From: Chrysomallon squamiferum
Lineage: Eukaryota > Animalia > Mollusca
Direction of reading: 5' to 3'
Assembly (NCBI GenBank): GCA_012295275.1
Contig: CM022671.1
Coordinates: forward strand, 6,076,001 to 6,140,000
DNA length: 64,000 bases
Below the pieces are notes generated by a model. The model saw nothing but the letters and a program-made list of their open reading frames with translations. It did no database searches and was not told where the DNA came from. The position numbers and the translations under genes are program-made. This document shows, one piece after another, positions 40,741 to 57,309 of the stretch. Position 1 is the stretch's first letter. Each line of letters opens with the position of its first letter.

Positions 40741-41464
40741 GTTACCTTTATTAATATTATTTTTTATTTGCAGTATGATAACCTAATACGAAAGACACAG
40801 CACATGAATAAATAGAATTATTTATATACAGTTTAAAACCTTATCTATGCGAGTCAAATATTACAGAGTAGAAGCATGGTTTTCTGTTGCATATAATATT
40901 CATCCATGTGTCCAAAATATTTCTGAATTCTGATTGTAGTTATATATTGTTCTTGTCTATTTATATGAAATATTTTATAATTTTTACTTTCTATACTTTA
41001 TATGTATGTATGAATGTATGTATGTATGTATGTATGTATGTGTTTCTTAATACGTATATATTTCTGTAATTTTTTGTGTATACTTATGTGTATTTGTGTA
41101 TATGTATTTATGTAAAAATGACATTGGAAAATATCATAATTGCTAGCCTTTCTTTCTTTGTTTTTCTTTTTTTTTTTTTTTTTTTCCCCCAAATGTATAG
41201 AAATTCATTACCATAAAACATGAGATAGAGTCTTACGCAACTTTTTAACACTAACAAACTTATAGAAATGACGTAACTTTCATTAAGCGGTGACATATTA
41301 GGTCAAAATCATAACTGCTCCTTTTCACTGACGTCATTAGTCTGTCTGACCTATCCCAGTATTCAACACGTCACCGCCATTTTACTTCTCAAGCCCTCTT
41401 AACGGTTAACATGGCAAATGACACAGATATATATGTTCCAGGTTGTAAAATTTCTTATCGTATA

Positions 41465-41505
<41 letters not shown>

Positions 41506-42551
41506 ATTAATACTTTGTCAGTTAATAAAACAGCACGTATGTCAGCAAATAATATTTACTGGAAGCAAACTCGTAATTTTACCTAATACAATAATGTGTG
41601 GTTGACGTCTGCATTGCAAACCATTTCGTAATTAAACATTTTTTTTTTTTTTTTTTTTACTAAAGTTTTTCATGAACAGACATGATTTGAGGAACCTTCG
41701 ATATTGCATCGAAATAGGTTTTTTTTCACTTTATTTGTCTGTCTGTCTGTTTGAATGTATTATACGTATGCGTGCATGTTTGTAGATATGTACGAGTATT
41801 TACATAGCTACGTATGTGCATGTATTTGTAAACTAGCACACACAAAACATAACGAGGCTGCATACATTGTGTACAATAAAGCGTATATCACTCTACACTG
41901 TTTACAAGGCCTTTGAGAAAACTTCAAAAAATAATAATAATGGGGAACAAAAAAAAAAAAAAAAAAATAAAAAAAAAAAAAAAAAAATAAACCATGTGAA
42001 AAATTATCAGTGTTTTTAAGCAGGTCAAGAGGAACCTACTCAAATAACAAACAGAGGGCGATTTTGATAACAGAACTACACTGTGAAATAACTGATTTAT
42101 ATTGTAAAATTTATATAATAAAAGTACGTTGATAGCTAACTGGTCCCGTGATAATGTATCATTTATATTGTAAATAAATAATATATTGTGATAAAATGTA
42201 ATTTTTGCTGTGGAAGCGTCTAACGGTTATAGTGAGAATATATAGTTTGTCACGCGACTGGGGACACTCGACAGAAATCGACACATTTCTGTGTATCGTC
42301 TGCTAGGTTACACGTAGGCGGTGAACAAACGTATTAATTCCATGTACTTCGTGTACCATGGCTGCGGCATCACGTGACCTGTACGCTATATCCTTGTTTT
42401 AATTTTTTTTTTTTTTTTTTTTTGAAAAGAATGAAAAAGAAAAAAAAAAAAAAAAACGAGGAATGAATAATAAATAAATAGAATAGAATAACAGAATAAT
42501 AAAATGTATAATATAATATATAATAGTGCCAATAATATATATATGTGTGTG

Positions 42552-42595
<44 letters not shown>

Positions 42596-42627
42596 GTTGC
42601 TGGCTATATATATAGTGTGTTTTATAC

Positions 42628-42665
<38 letters not shown>

Positions 42666-42814
42666 CACATACAGCTTATACAGATAATCGGAAGTAATTT
42701 TTTTTATTATTATATTTTTTGTTTATTTATTTTAAATAATTTCGTTCAGGAAATAAAGCTCATGTACATTAAACTATATGAAAAGTTTAAGGTTTCACAT
42801 TCAGGTGCTTGAAA

Positions 42815-43552
42815 AACGTTTCAGATTTCGAAATTGCTGAAAAAAAAAAAATCTTCAACCTGTATCATTATTACCGAGTTTTTGTTATTGCCTGTTCTTG
42901 TTGTTATTATTACTATTGTTTTTGTTACTGTTGTTGTTACTGCTTGTTTTTGTTGTTATCATTATTACTATTGTTTTTAGTTATTGTCGTTGTTACTGCT
43001 GCTTCATTATTATAAATATTGTTATTTCTGTTACTAATATTACTGTTTTTTAATTAATGCTACTGTTATTCTTATTGTTGTGGTTCCATTATATTAATTC
43101 AACGTTTCAGATTTCGGAATTGCTGAAAAAAAAAAATATATATATCTTCATCCTGTATCATTATTACTGAGTTTGTTGTTAATGTTGTTTCTGCCTGTTC
43201 TTGTTGTTATCATTATTACTATTGTTTTTGCTATTGTTGTTGTTGCTTCATTATTATAAATATTGTTATTTCTGTTACTAATATTACGGTTTTTTAATTA
43301 ATGCTACTGCTATTCTTGTTGTTGTTAATTCAACGTTTCATTTCGGAATTGCTATCTTCAACCTGTTCATTAATACTGAGTTTGTTGTTAATGTTGTTTC
43401 TGCCTGTTCTTGTTGTTATCTTTATTACTATTGTTTTTTGCTATTGTTGTTGTTGCTTCATTATTATAAATATTGTTATTTCTGTTACTAATATTACGGT
43501 TTTTTAATTAATGCTATTGTTATTCTTATTGTTGTCGTTCCAGTATATTAAT
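42815..43552 (+). repeat. Tandem triplication of a ~230-285 bp unit
   Basis: AACGTTTCA(GA)TTTCG(G/A)AATTGCT...GCTTCATTATTATAAATATTGTTATTTCTGTTACTAATATTAC recurs at ~42815, ~43100 and ~43331. Confidence 0.9.
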
Positions 43553-44126
43553 TCATATAATTAATTAACTGCGTATATGAAGTCTGGTGTGTAATATTAC
43601 AAGGGACGATGTTAATTAAACACACAAACACAAATACACTCGTGTTGCTTGTCTGACCCGCACAGTAAACAGTTAACAAATAATTATCAAAGCAAACACA
43701 AAAGAAACATTATCCGAAATCGATCAAAAACAGTCTTTAGTATAAACACAGCGAAAATGTCGCAGCCACACCAAGAAAAAAAAAAAACAACTTAAACTAA
43801 TTAGCAGATGCATGAAATAATTTATTAGCCAGTTTAAAAAACTACGTTTTCAGTAGCGGTTGACGTAAAAACTAACGAGGATAAGAAACACGAAACGAAA
43901 TTATTTCGCTCGGTATACTTGCAGGTTAGTTTGATCGATTTTCAGTAATTAAACTAAGATTACCAGCTTGCTGTAGTAGTAATTTTGTATTATTATTATT
44001 ATTATTATTAATAAACAGATTTTTACTACCTTGAACTATTTTTAGAAATAATCTTTAATTAATCAAAAGTGTTTATATATGTGTTTATGTTTGTGTCGTA
44101 CGTACCTATATTTATATTTGTGTGTA

Positions 44127-44185
<59 letters not shown>

Positions 44186-44689
44186 ATCCATTACACGCAT
44201 ATGTATTGACAATATATATACAAGTACGTCATTACTTGTAGAAAGGACTACGTATATTATTTGATCAATGATAAAATATTTGCAAATTTCGTCATTACTT
44301 GAAAAACAGACTATATATATATATATATATATTACGCGATCAATGACGTCTGATGTAGATAACTGTCTCTGAGTATGACGTCACTGTTGTTGTGTATTAA
44401 CCACGTTGACATCTGCAGTTTCAAGTTTCTTGCATCTGTTGGTAGACTTCTTGATCTGGAGCAATCAGTCAGAAAAAACAACAACAACAACACACATTTA
44501 ACATCACTCCCAGCTGTGTAAATAAAACACACGCGTGTTTTTGTGACACATGTTCTAAAAGCGTGTGCGACCGTCGCTTATTTACCCACGTAAGGCGTGC
44601 TTTGTCATACATTCAGCAAAATGGGCCGTCTTGAGAACGATATAAATATCTATCATAAAGTCCGTGCCATTGTATTACGGAGTCTCACT

Positions 44690-44722
<33 letters not shown>

Positions 44723-44980
44723 TTTATTGTTCTTTTCTTCTTCTTCTTCTAATTATTATTATTAGAAATAAAACGTAACAGCGGTGCCCACGCCATGCTG
44801 TTGCTGATATTAAAAATATGTCTTACCTTTCAGGAAGCTTCTAGACTGTGCCGTCCGTTTACTCTGAATCGTCGACGTCGTAGTAGCTGGGTTGGAAAAA
44901 CAAGCATCGTAAGACACAAGCTGATGCCTTTTTATATATCTCGTTTATATATTTATTTATTTATTTATATGTATTATTGT

Positions 44981-45018
<38 letters not shown>

Positions 45019-48000
45019 TTACTATTATTATTACTTCTACTACTACTGCTGCTGCTGCTACTACTACTATTATTCTTTTTTCAAATTTATTATTATTTTT
45101 TATTTTTTTTGTATCTTGTTTATGAAGTAGCAGCACATCACACACCATGGTGTTTAAGGAAAACAAAATTTGATCTTACCTCCGAAACGTATTATTTGTT
45201 TGTATCTTTTGAACTTGCTGAAAAGACAAAATATATGGTATTTGTTATTATTAATATTATTGTTATTATTATTATTATTATTGTATTATCATCATCATCA
45301 TTATAATCATTATTACCATATTATCATCATCATCATCATTACTGTTACTATCATCTCATTATCATCTCGATTATTATCATTAGTACCATATTATCATCGT
45401 CATTATTATCATTGTCATCACCATTATTATTATCAACATCATCATCATTATTATTATGTTGTTGTTTTTTTAATATATTATCCGTTCGTGATTGTCTCTG
45501 TGAGATTATCCTGTGTATTACTTCTGTCTGATGAAAGATTAACTGTTTTCAAAAAATAATATGATTTTAGAAATAAGAGATTTATTATTTAGCAAAATCC
45601 TCTGATGAATTCCGCGATAAATACTACAAAATGAAAACGGCTGCACGAACTTTAGCTTGAAAAAATAAATGAAACAACGGCAACAATTAAATAAAAAAAA
45701 AAAAATAATAAAAAAAAAAAAATGGAAAAATACGATGAAAGAATAAAAGAGAAATTAGGATTTTTAAAAAGACATAATAAATATTTAATTTTTGTTTTGT
45801 TTTGTTATTACAATAGGATGAACTGCTGCAAATTCAAGGTAATAAAAAATTATGGACAATCTATAGAAAGGAAAGAAAAGAAAAGAAAGAAAGAAAGAAA
45901 AGAAAAAAGAAAGAAGAAGAAGAAGAATGTTTTAAAATATCTTTTTTTTTTAATTTTAAATTTTTTAAAATTTTACTTTTTTTTATTTTTTTCTTTCTTT
46001 CTTTCTTTTTTCTTTTTTTTTAATAAATAAATTACTATAGTCTCGACAAAAAAAAAAAAATAATGGGAATGAACAACAAAAAAAAATAATAATAAAAAAA
46101 AAAAAAAAAAATACAAAAAAAAAAAAACCAAAAAACAAAAAAACCCCAAAAAAAAAAAAAAAAAACACAAAAACAAAATCAAAAATAAAAATTAAAATAA
46201 AACAACAAAAAACAAAAAACAAAAACGAAATAAAACCCCAACACAACCAACATTTTCAAAACCTCACTAAAATCAATCGGAAAAAATGTTAATATTGCTT
46301 TATGTTTCTTCCTTGTATTTTATAGCCAAAGAACATTAAACAAAGCACAGTCACTTTACTCGATAACATCACAAGTTAAAACATGTGGCTGTGTTCAGAC
46401 ACGTTTTAACTTTATTTCTTCGCAGCACTAGCTTCAACACTAGCCGATGACAGTAGTACAAACTGTACCAAACAAACTGTAATAACAGAGACATAAAGAA
46501 CACAAAATGTTTTTCATCTACGATTGTACGTCAGTCGCATGGTTATAATCCACTACCATATTTAAAGTTTTTGTATTAGCTGAAAAGAAATTGTATACGT
46601 TTTTTATGTACTTTTCATTTCTTAGTCCTTTTTATTATTATTAATTTTTTTTATATTATTTTTTTTTTCTCTCTCTCTCTATTCTTCTCGCTAATGTAGT
46701 ATTTAACAATGCTGTATATGACGTCGACAAATTTAATATTTTCACGTAAATGTCGTTCTTTTCTTCTCATATTTTTACGCCACATTAACTTCGACTCTCT
46801 TGTTAAAACATGAACAGAAATCTTGTCAGATATAAAGAAACCAAAGTACAGCTCTATAAATAGCACTGTTGGGACACGTATTCAGTTTATGTATGAATAA
46901 ACAAATCACAACAAAGACTTTTTTCTTTCATTTTTTTTTTTTTTTTTTTCATGAGGCTGTTATTTTCACACAAAATTTCTTTTAAAATTTTAGGTTGGAC
47001 GTTTTATATATCGGTGTATTTTTAGATCTCTTTCTTTCCGTTTTAACAAAACTGATCACAATCTTGTTTACCGCTTGTCTGTCTGTGGCGTCACTGACGT
47101 TGTACGTTATTACGCGCCCTGAAACGTAGACTGTTTGCGTCATAAACGTCATAGCTGGACTTCGACGCCAAAGTCCATGGACTAATACAGAGTAAACTGG
47201 TTACAGGAGCGGGTGAACGTGACGATAAAGAGGGGTTTCCTGAGCAGTGACAAACAACACGAAGACCCAAGTTTTTGTAACCTGAAACCCTGAATTCTCC
47301 CACTGAACTTTGATACCGTTAAATGACGTGTAATTTTTTTCCTTTATTTTTTTCATGCACGGTCATTTTGGTAGGTATATCTTCGCATCCTGGCGATATT
47401 TATTCGAAATATTTATCGTTTTTGAAACAAATAAATGTTATTTAGATTTGTTTCTACGGAAAAAGGCAGCTTTCTGATAAAAATGATCTGAATAACGCAC
47501 AGGACTAAACGTGAATTATGAAACGTTGCCCAACATAACGAATTCAATGTCAGATGATAACATGAAAAGCTAATTAACAAAAATCCTTTTAACTGGGATT
47601 TAATTTCAGTAAACAGTTGGGGGTGTTGATCAGATAAAAACCTGTGTGAAATAAATTAAAATGTAAATTTTCTTATAGTTATAAATCTTTTGTAAAATGT
47701 ACATTTTTATATAGTTATCAATCTTTTGTGTTATCAACATGTTTGAACGATCACATCAGTTGAAAGTGTTGATTAGGACTAATATACTGAACAAATACTA
47801 AATACTTTTTTATAACAGAACAGGTATCAAAACATTTGGTAAAGTAATTTGAAAAGATTCTGGTTTTTTCGTAACACGCAAACAATAGATTTATTTTACG
47901 GATGTAATTATTATACTGGGGTTGAATTGGACTAATTAAAACTAATCATATCCTAGAATTTTTCAGCTGCTTAAAATAATGAATATTGTTTGCATTAGAG

Positions 48001-49104
48001 TACAACTTGCGACACATAATTAATTTATAAATTTTCAGGACCATGCCATTTCTGTGTCTACAGTCAATTAATTAATTAATTTATTTTTTATTATTATTTT
48101 TCTTTTTATATATCAGAACAATTGTAATTATTTTTCTAGCTATTATTGACTTACCTTTGCTTTTACACACACACATGCGCGCCCGAGCGCGCTCGCACAC
48201 ATACACATATACGCAAACACGCTGCCAACAAATACACATAAACACATTTATACATACGCCTATACGCAAAGACAAAGCCATACATACACACACACACATA
48301 CATACATACACACACACAATGATACAAACGTTTGCACGCAAACACATGAATGCGACCATATGTTCGTATAAACCAAATTAACAAATAGCTGTGTCCCATT
48401 AAAAAAAATTAAAAAAAAAAAAAAAGATTCACTAACTCTCTTAGTGAAATTTAAAACTTCTTGTTCGGTTTCTTAACTTGTCTGTCAAACAGACAGAAAC
48501 CAGGGAAAGAAAAAATAATGAAAAAAAATAAAAATAAAAAGTGTTTGTATTTCATTATACGTTTCAGAGCGTTTGCTAAATTGCCAATATATATATATTT
48601 TTATCGCTCTATGACAAAATTCATATATATATATATATATATATATAAAATTTTGATGAAAATGAATATATATTTTTAAAGACGACAACAAGATATAAAA
48701 TATGAAATATTGTAAATATCTGCTGACTTAATAAATGACGTTATTTATCATTCAACTTTTTTTGACAAAGAAAGCACATTTAACATCCCAAGTTGATTTA
48801 TATGAAGTCTAACGTGATCTGATATAGTCACTAACCCAACAACTAGTAACAACAACAGCAACATCATCAATAACAACAACAGTAATTATAATAACCAATT
48901 TAAAAAGGTTTTAAAAATTGAACAGCTGCAAGTGTTACCACAAAATGATGACGATGACAACGACGACGATGTAACTTTGCATTCGTTTCACAATGTATTC
49001 TGATATATAAATATTGTGGATTATCATCAACATCATTTTCTAATTTTGTTTTTGCATTTTCTATTTTTATCCTTTTCTTTCTTTCTTTATTTCTTTCTTA
49101 TTTC

Positions 49105-49118
49105 TACTACTAATGCTG

Positions 49119-49168
<50 letters not shown>

Positions 49169-49312
49169 GCAATTACTACTGCAATTACTACTGCTACTAC
49201 TACTACTACAACCACTACTACAACAACTACTACTACTACTACAACTACTACTACTACTACCACTACTACTACTACTACAACAACTACAACTACAACTACA
49301 ACTACAACTACA

Positions 49313-49353
<41 letters not shown>

Positions 49354-49380
49354 AAGTACCACTACTACTACTACTACTAC
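49105..49380. repeat. Imperfect (CTA/CAA)n microsatellite
   Basis: Direct inspection; source of the poly-T/L/V ORFs. Confidence 0.95.
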
Positions 49381-49645
49381 GTTTCTCTTTATGTGTGTGT
49401 GTTTTTATACAAATTAATTGCTAATAAACGTAAACTGTTTCAGTGAAAATCTTTCACACGCTGCATTTACCTAACCTATTTTCTCCTCGTGTCCTACTTG
49501 TGCTTTTTACTCTTTTCTTCGTGGCTCAGCAGAGATCTACCGAGCTAAACTCACTTCTCCAAGTAATCTCGTCTGTCTGATTCAGCAGCAAACGTGATAC
49601 AGAACGAGAGATAAGCAGGCGTGGATTCAGAACCAAATTTTCTTT

Positions 49646-49682
<37 letters not shown>

Positions 49683-49744
49683 CTTTTATTTAGCCATTAT
49701 TCCAAAGGCCTATAGCATGTTTGAGTATGAAGATATTTGCCCCC

Positions 49745-49746
<2 letters not shown>

Positions 49747-49782
<36 letters not shown>

Positions 49783-49980
49783 TGAATGTATTTACGCAGG
49801 CACGCAAAAACAAACACACACACACAGAGAGAGACATATATATACATGTGTGTGTGTGTGTTTTTGCGTGCCTGCGTAATATTAATGTTAATGTTATTAA
49901 TATATATATATATATGTATGTGTGTATGTGTTTGTGTGCCTGCGTATGTATGTGTATACACATACACATACATACATTCA

Positions 49981-50014
<34 letters not shown>
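49747..50014. repeat. Inverted repeat with a duplicated right arm, bounded by (TA)n tracts
   Basis: TTACGCAGGCACGCAAAAACA (~49792) pairs with TGTTTTTGCGTGCCTGCGTAA (~49859) and again with GTGCCTGCGTA (~49936); outer ATGCATGAATGTAT pairs with ATACATTCATGCAT. Confidence 0.85.
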
Positions 50015-50016
<2 letters not shown>

Positions 50017-50115
50017 AGTACAGTATACAGCAGTATTAGTATATATCACGAAGAACAAAAATTATACTTGTACTTGCTCTAGACACTTTGGAATGGTTAA
50101 ACAAAAAGTTATGTA

Positions 50116-50151
<36 letters not shown>

Positions 50152-50844
50152 TGTATATTTTAACAATAACGAGATCGTATTTTGTTAATCTGGAAAACGC
50201 CCATTTTATCACCGTGTGGTTTCCGCCTCTGATAAAGATTACATTCCAGTGTTTGTATCCCAGTGAAAAACAGATTAATATTGTTAAACAGATCATAACA
50301 CACCCACTTTTTTTTGTCACTGCAAACTGTTATTAACATAAATATCAGCATCTATCACACACACACACACACGCATATATATATATATTTAACACATAAT
50401 ATTTTATTGTAAAAAATAATATATAGGTTATAATGAAATATGCCACTGCTACTACTACTACTGTCATTACTAATCAGCTAACCACTACTACAACTACAAC
50501 TACTATTACTATTAGAACAAAAACAACTACTAAAATTACCACAACTAAGTTTACCACTACTATTACTACGAATACTAATACTTTTGCTATCATTACTACT
50601 TCTAATACTAATATTACTCCTGCTAATACTGTTACTGCTGCTATTACGTTTATTACTACTGTTTCTACTACTACTACAACTACTACTACAACTACTACTA
50701 CAACTACTACCACTACTACCACTACTAAGTGATGCCCTTACTATTAGTATTATTACAACTTCTGCTATCAGAACTACTACTATTATTGCTATCGCTACTG
50801 CTACTACAATTAATACTACTACTGCTACTGCTATTATTATTATT

Positions 50845-51685
<841 letters not shown>

Positions 51686-52109
51686 GTGCGACCCTGAAAT
51701 AAACAACTTGTAACACCTGCAGCCAATTCGAATCGAGCTACCTGTGTAATGAAATATGTTACATACAACACAGGTAAGCAATAATAAATGTGGCAGGTGC
51801 AACTACTGCATCAACTAGTTGTATCTGTTTCTCCAAATAACGTAAATATGTACACTGAGAGTATAAACGAACGACTGTTTTTTTTTTTTATTTAATTTTT
51901 TTTTTTTTTTTTTTTTGTTTTTTTCCTCTGAAAGATTTACTTAGATCGTAGTACAAATAAATTTTATGGAAGATGTTGGTAAATATATTTATTTGTTTTA
52001 ATGGAAAAAAAATTTTTTTTTTTTTTTTTTTTAACAGTTCAAAACCGTTGTTGATGTTGTTATTGGTGTTGTTACAATCACCATTATCATTACCAGAATC
52101 ATTATAATT

Positions 52110-52925
<816 letters not shown>

Positions 52926-54689
52926 ATATCATCATCACAATCACACAGACATCACACACTCACACACACGTAATACTCTGCGTATCAGATCTGACATTTA
53001 GAAAATTTAAATGCTTTGTTCAACTTCAATAAGGTTAGAGACGATGGGAATAAAAAAAAATGTCACAGGAATCGCGATGAAAATGAAAGCAGCAGAAAAA
53101 TAAACGTAAAGTTTTTGTAACGCGTAAAACAGCGATTTGTTTTTAGTGACTTAAGGTACTTTTTATGGAAATTAGTCATATATTTCAAACACGTAGAGTA
53201 TTGGATTTTTTTTTGCTGTCGTTGTTGTTGTTGTTGTTGTTTTTGCCTTCTCCACCCTCCCCTCCCCATCCCCCGATTTCTAATTCAATTGCAAAACTGC
53301 TTGTAACTGTACAACGTTTAATATAAATCAAAGTGCTGTATACAACTGAGAGTTTTCATTGATTATTAGGTGGTTTTTTTTTATTATTATTATTTTTTTC
53401 TCTCACACATGTCTAACGTGAGTTGTTACACGTAAACATTTGCTTATTTGTTATCTGTGTGATTGTTTTCATTTATATACTTGTCTGACTGTTATCCATC
53501 CATCCATCCATCCATCCATCATCCTTCCTTCCGTCCATCCATCTATGTATATATTTATATATTTGTGTGTGTGTGTGCATACAGGTATGTGTTAATGTAT
53601 GTATGAATGTGAGTGTGTGCGTGTGCGTGTGGGTGTGGGTGGGTAGGTGTACAGGTTAGCATACATGTATGTATGTATGTATGTATGGATGGATAGATGG
53701 ACGAATGGTTGTATGCATATATGTAGGAATAAATGAATGGAGAGACAAATAAATGAATGGATGACTACATACACACATACATACATATATACATACATGC
53801 ATACATACATACATACATACATACATACATACATACATACATACATACACGCTGTGTGTGTTGATATGTTGGTGTATGTATGTACAAGTGTGGACATATT
53901 GTTGTTTGTTTTTCTTCTCAATCTCATTATCTCTTTGCCAGTCCATTTAAGTAACTGATAATTATTATCATTATTATCCTTATAACTGAAACTATCACAA
54001 TGATTAACTAACTATACCTCACCCGTTTACTTGTTTGTTATATCTCAAGTTATTCGTTGTCAAGAGTCTTTGTCTTCTCGCTTGTTTGTGTCGTCAAGAT
54101 GGCTTCCACTTAAACACGGTCTTGAAAAAGAGGCTCACGTTCCTGTAAGTAAAAGATTAATCATGCCGTGAAAATCATCTGAGCGTTGTAAGCTATGAAA
54201 ATTATTTTCCAGCGTGCTGTTCGCGAAGTTTGTTTAATTGCACTACTAGAACACACTGAATAATTTTCTGTCATCAGTTATTGTATGTCAAATGTTGGTT
54301 TAGTTATAATACTAGAACACATTGATTAATTTTCTGTCATCAGTTATTGTTTGTATAGTTATAATACTAGAACAAACTGATTTCTTTACTATCATTAGCT
54401 GTTGTTTGTCTGACACTGGTTTAACGACGTCACTGGAATACATCAATTCATTTTCCAACATCTGCTATTGACGTCGGTAATTTGTTCAATGACATCACTA
54501 GAACACATTGATAAATGTTCTACCATTAGTTAAACCTTTCGTTACACAAACAGTTTTGTATTGCAGGTTATATGATGTGATGTATTAGTTGTCAGATATT
54601 ATTAAAGTAGTTTAGTTAATTTTTTTGTTGTTGTTTTCTTCCACTAGTTGTTTTTAGAAGTCAAACATTTGTTTAGTGACTCTGATTAG

Positions 54690-55520
54690 TATTCTGTCAC
54701 TAGTGTCAGACATGATATCTGTTTAGCGACATACATACATTTGTCACTGGTGTCAGATGTGATGTATGTGTTTAGTGACACCAGTAAGACTCTGATTAAT
54801 ATTCTGTCACTGGTGTCAGACATGAAGTATCTGTTTAGTGACATACATAATTCTGTCAAGACATGATCTGTTTAGTGACATACATACATTTGTCACTGGT
54901 GTCAGATGTGATGTATGTGTTTAGTGACACCAGTAAGACTCTGATTAATATTCTGTCACTGGTGTCAGACATGAAGTATTTGTTTAGTGACTCTGATTAG
55001 TATTCTGTCACTGGTGTCAGACATGATGTATCTGTTTAGTGACATACACACATTTGTCTCTGGTGTCAGATATGATGTATGTGTTTAGTGACACCAGTAA
55101 GACTGAATAATATTCTGTCACTGGTGTTAGACATGAAGTATCTGTTTAGTGACATACATATATCTGTCACTGGTGTCAGACATGAAGTATCTGTTTAGTG
55201 ACGTACATACATCTGTCACTGGTGTCAGACATGAAGTATCTGTATAGTGACATGCATGTTCTGTCACTGGTGGCAGACATGAAGTATCTATTTAGTGACG
55301 TGCATACATCTGTCACTGGTGTCAGACATGAAGTATCTGGTGTCAGACATGAAGTATCTGTATAGTGACATGCATGTTCTGTCACTGGTGTCAGACATGA
55401 AATATCTATTTAGTGACGTACATACATCTGTCACTGGAGTCAGACATGAAGTATCTGTTTAGCGACATGCATGTTCTGTCACTGGTGTCAGACATAATGT
55501 ATCTGTTTAGTGACGTACAT
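54690..55520 (+). repeat. Minisatellite with ~48-49 bp and ~63 bp unit variants and an internal palindrome
   Basis: Core CTGTCACTGGTGTCAGACATGAAGTATCTGTTTAGTGAC; consecutive starts at 55164, 55213, 55261 and 55310. Degenerate ~60-65 bp units extend left to ~54240. Confidence 0.92.
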
Positions 55521-55629
55521 TTTTATCTTTGCTTACAAAAAGCGAAACATTTGTTATAGTGACACCAATAAATCATCACTGATTAATGTTCTGTTACTAG
55601 TGACACAGGAGAAGCTCTGCTTAAGTTGA

Positions 55630-55835
55630 TATCACAGGCTATTAGAAACCAAACATTTGACATATCGTCTTCAGAGTAATTATATTTTTAGTTGTTAGGC
55701 GTAACTGTCTAACAGTTGCTTTCACAACAAAGACATTTAGATAGTCCATTGCCAGCAGTCAGTCACTGGTTATAACGTCATCTGACTCAATGCGCCAATA
55801 ACGGGAATCGATCGCAGATCCTAAAGCTGGCCAAA
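55630..55835 (-). mobile_element. Possible degraded tRNA-derived SINE relic
   Basis: Minus strand carries a B-box-like GATCGATTCCCG (55802-55813). The surrounding sequence resembles my unverified recollection of a mollusc SINE consensus. Confidence 0.35.
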
Positions 55836-57309
55836 ATGTTAACACTGTCTTCTTTTACAGTCTTAAATTTCTATAATTTACTTTCGATAATTAGTTTTAT
55901 TGATACAACATAAAAATTCAGTAATCTGTGGTAATTTTATACGTCTCGGATTATTTACTAAGTAATACGTACAACGAAATACAAAATTTAAATTAGTTTT
56001 GATGTTTATAAAAAATACTAACAAACAAACAAACAAGAGAACAAATAAATAAATACATTAATAAATATAAACCCCAGCCTAATAAAAACTCACCTCGAAT
56101 CGCATTATTATTTATACATAAAATAATTAAGAAAACAACAAAAACGAAACAAAGGAAAAAATAGTTAATAGCAACGAATGAATGATAAAAACGGGTTGTA
56201 AAAGATCATTAATTACTTGCAAAAATAATTTCAATAGTAACAAACAAAACAAAAATCAACATTCTTTTTCTACTGGGCTTTATAACTGACCCATTCACGT
56301 AACCACTTGAAAAAGCCATTTATAGGCTGTATTATATATTGACAAAATTAGTCACGCTTGCATCATTTTATTAATTAAATATGCCACAGTACTCATAAGC
56401 ATGGAATTAAAAATAAAAACAATAGTAACAAAAATTATTTTCCAATAGCTCACTCGTGTTGCTTTTTATTTTTTTTATTTTATATATTTTTTTTTTTTTT
56501 TTTTTTTTACTGTGTTTAAGTACGAATGTTCTCACTTTACTAGTTATAAAACTAATATTATTTAGTTACTGTACCCTGCTATACTTAGTGACTCGCAGTA
56601 CACTTACCCTCTCACTAGATTTTTGTTATAAAATGTGACTGTCACCTTACTTCAAGCTAATCTAATCATCTGTAAATGTCTTAATTTTTTTAATTTTTTT
56701 TTTTTAAACTTTATTTATATGTAACTACTCATTTATATATAATTAGTTACACAATTTTTGCTTTCAAGTGTAATAAATTTACTTTTTATCGCTTAGTGGG
56801 GTTGTTTTGTTGTTGTTGTTTTTGTTTTGTTACTCGTTTCGTATTTTTCTTCGGTTCAGTTACGTAAATTAGCTTAGGCGTTTATATGAGAATGAGAATA
56901 ATAAAAACGAGAATAATAAGAACGATGACAATACAAACAAGTGAAATAAATCAACCAACAAACAAATAAATAACAGCTGATACAGATTTGTCACTTACAT
57001 TTAGATCTGTCCACAAACAAAACAACGAACAACTTCAACACTGATTTCTGACAGTTCGTAAGAATCAAAATGGAAACAACAATCATTACATAAAAAACCA
57101 AACACGAGTCGTGTTTTCTAAAAAACATCCACACAACAGATAAACCATATACCATTCAGACGTTATGTTATATAACGAACGGTACTGATAACATCGAAAT
57201 ATTGTTAAAGTGTAAAGTACAGTGATATTGAAACGAAAACATCCGGATTGGTGAAATTCTACACCACGACTGATTTTGATACATCTGTAGTTTAGTATCT
57301 TCCTGGTTC

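Noticed and set aside
45860-46025. A-rich tract followed by a T-rich tract, resembling another fold-back (also 48570-48680 and 28615-28660)
   Set aside because: Complementarity rests on low-complexity sequence only, with no unique anchor long enough to support it.
47091-47303. CpG-rich segment with a 70-aa minus-strand ORF
   Set aside because: No recognisable domain or convincing splice sites; more likely regulatory or neutral.
54690-55520. CRISPR-like array of ~39-bp palindromic repeats with linkers
   Set aside because: Linkers are short (about 9-24 bp), reused and related to one another; there are no cas genes; the context is eukaryotic. It is a minisatellite.
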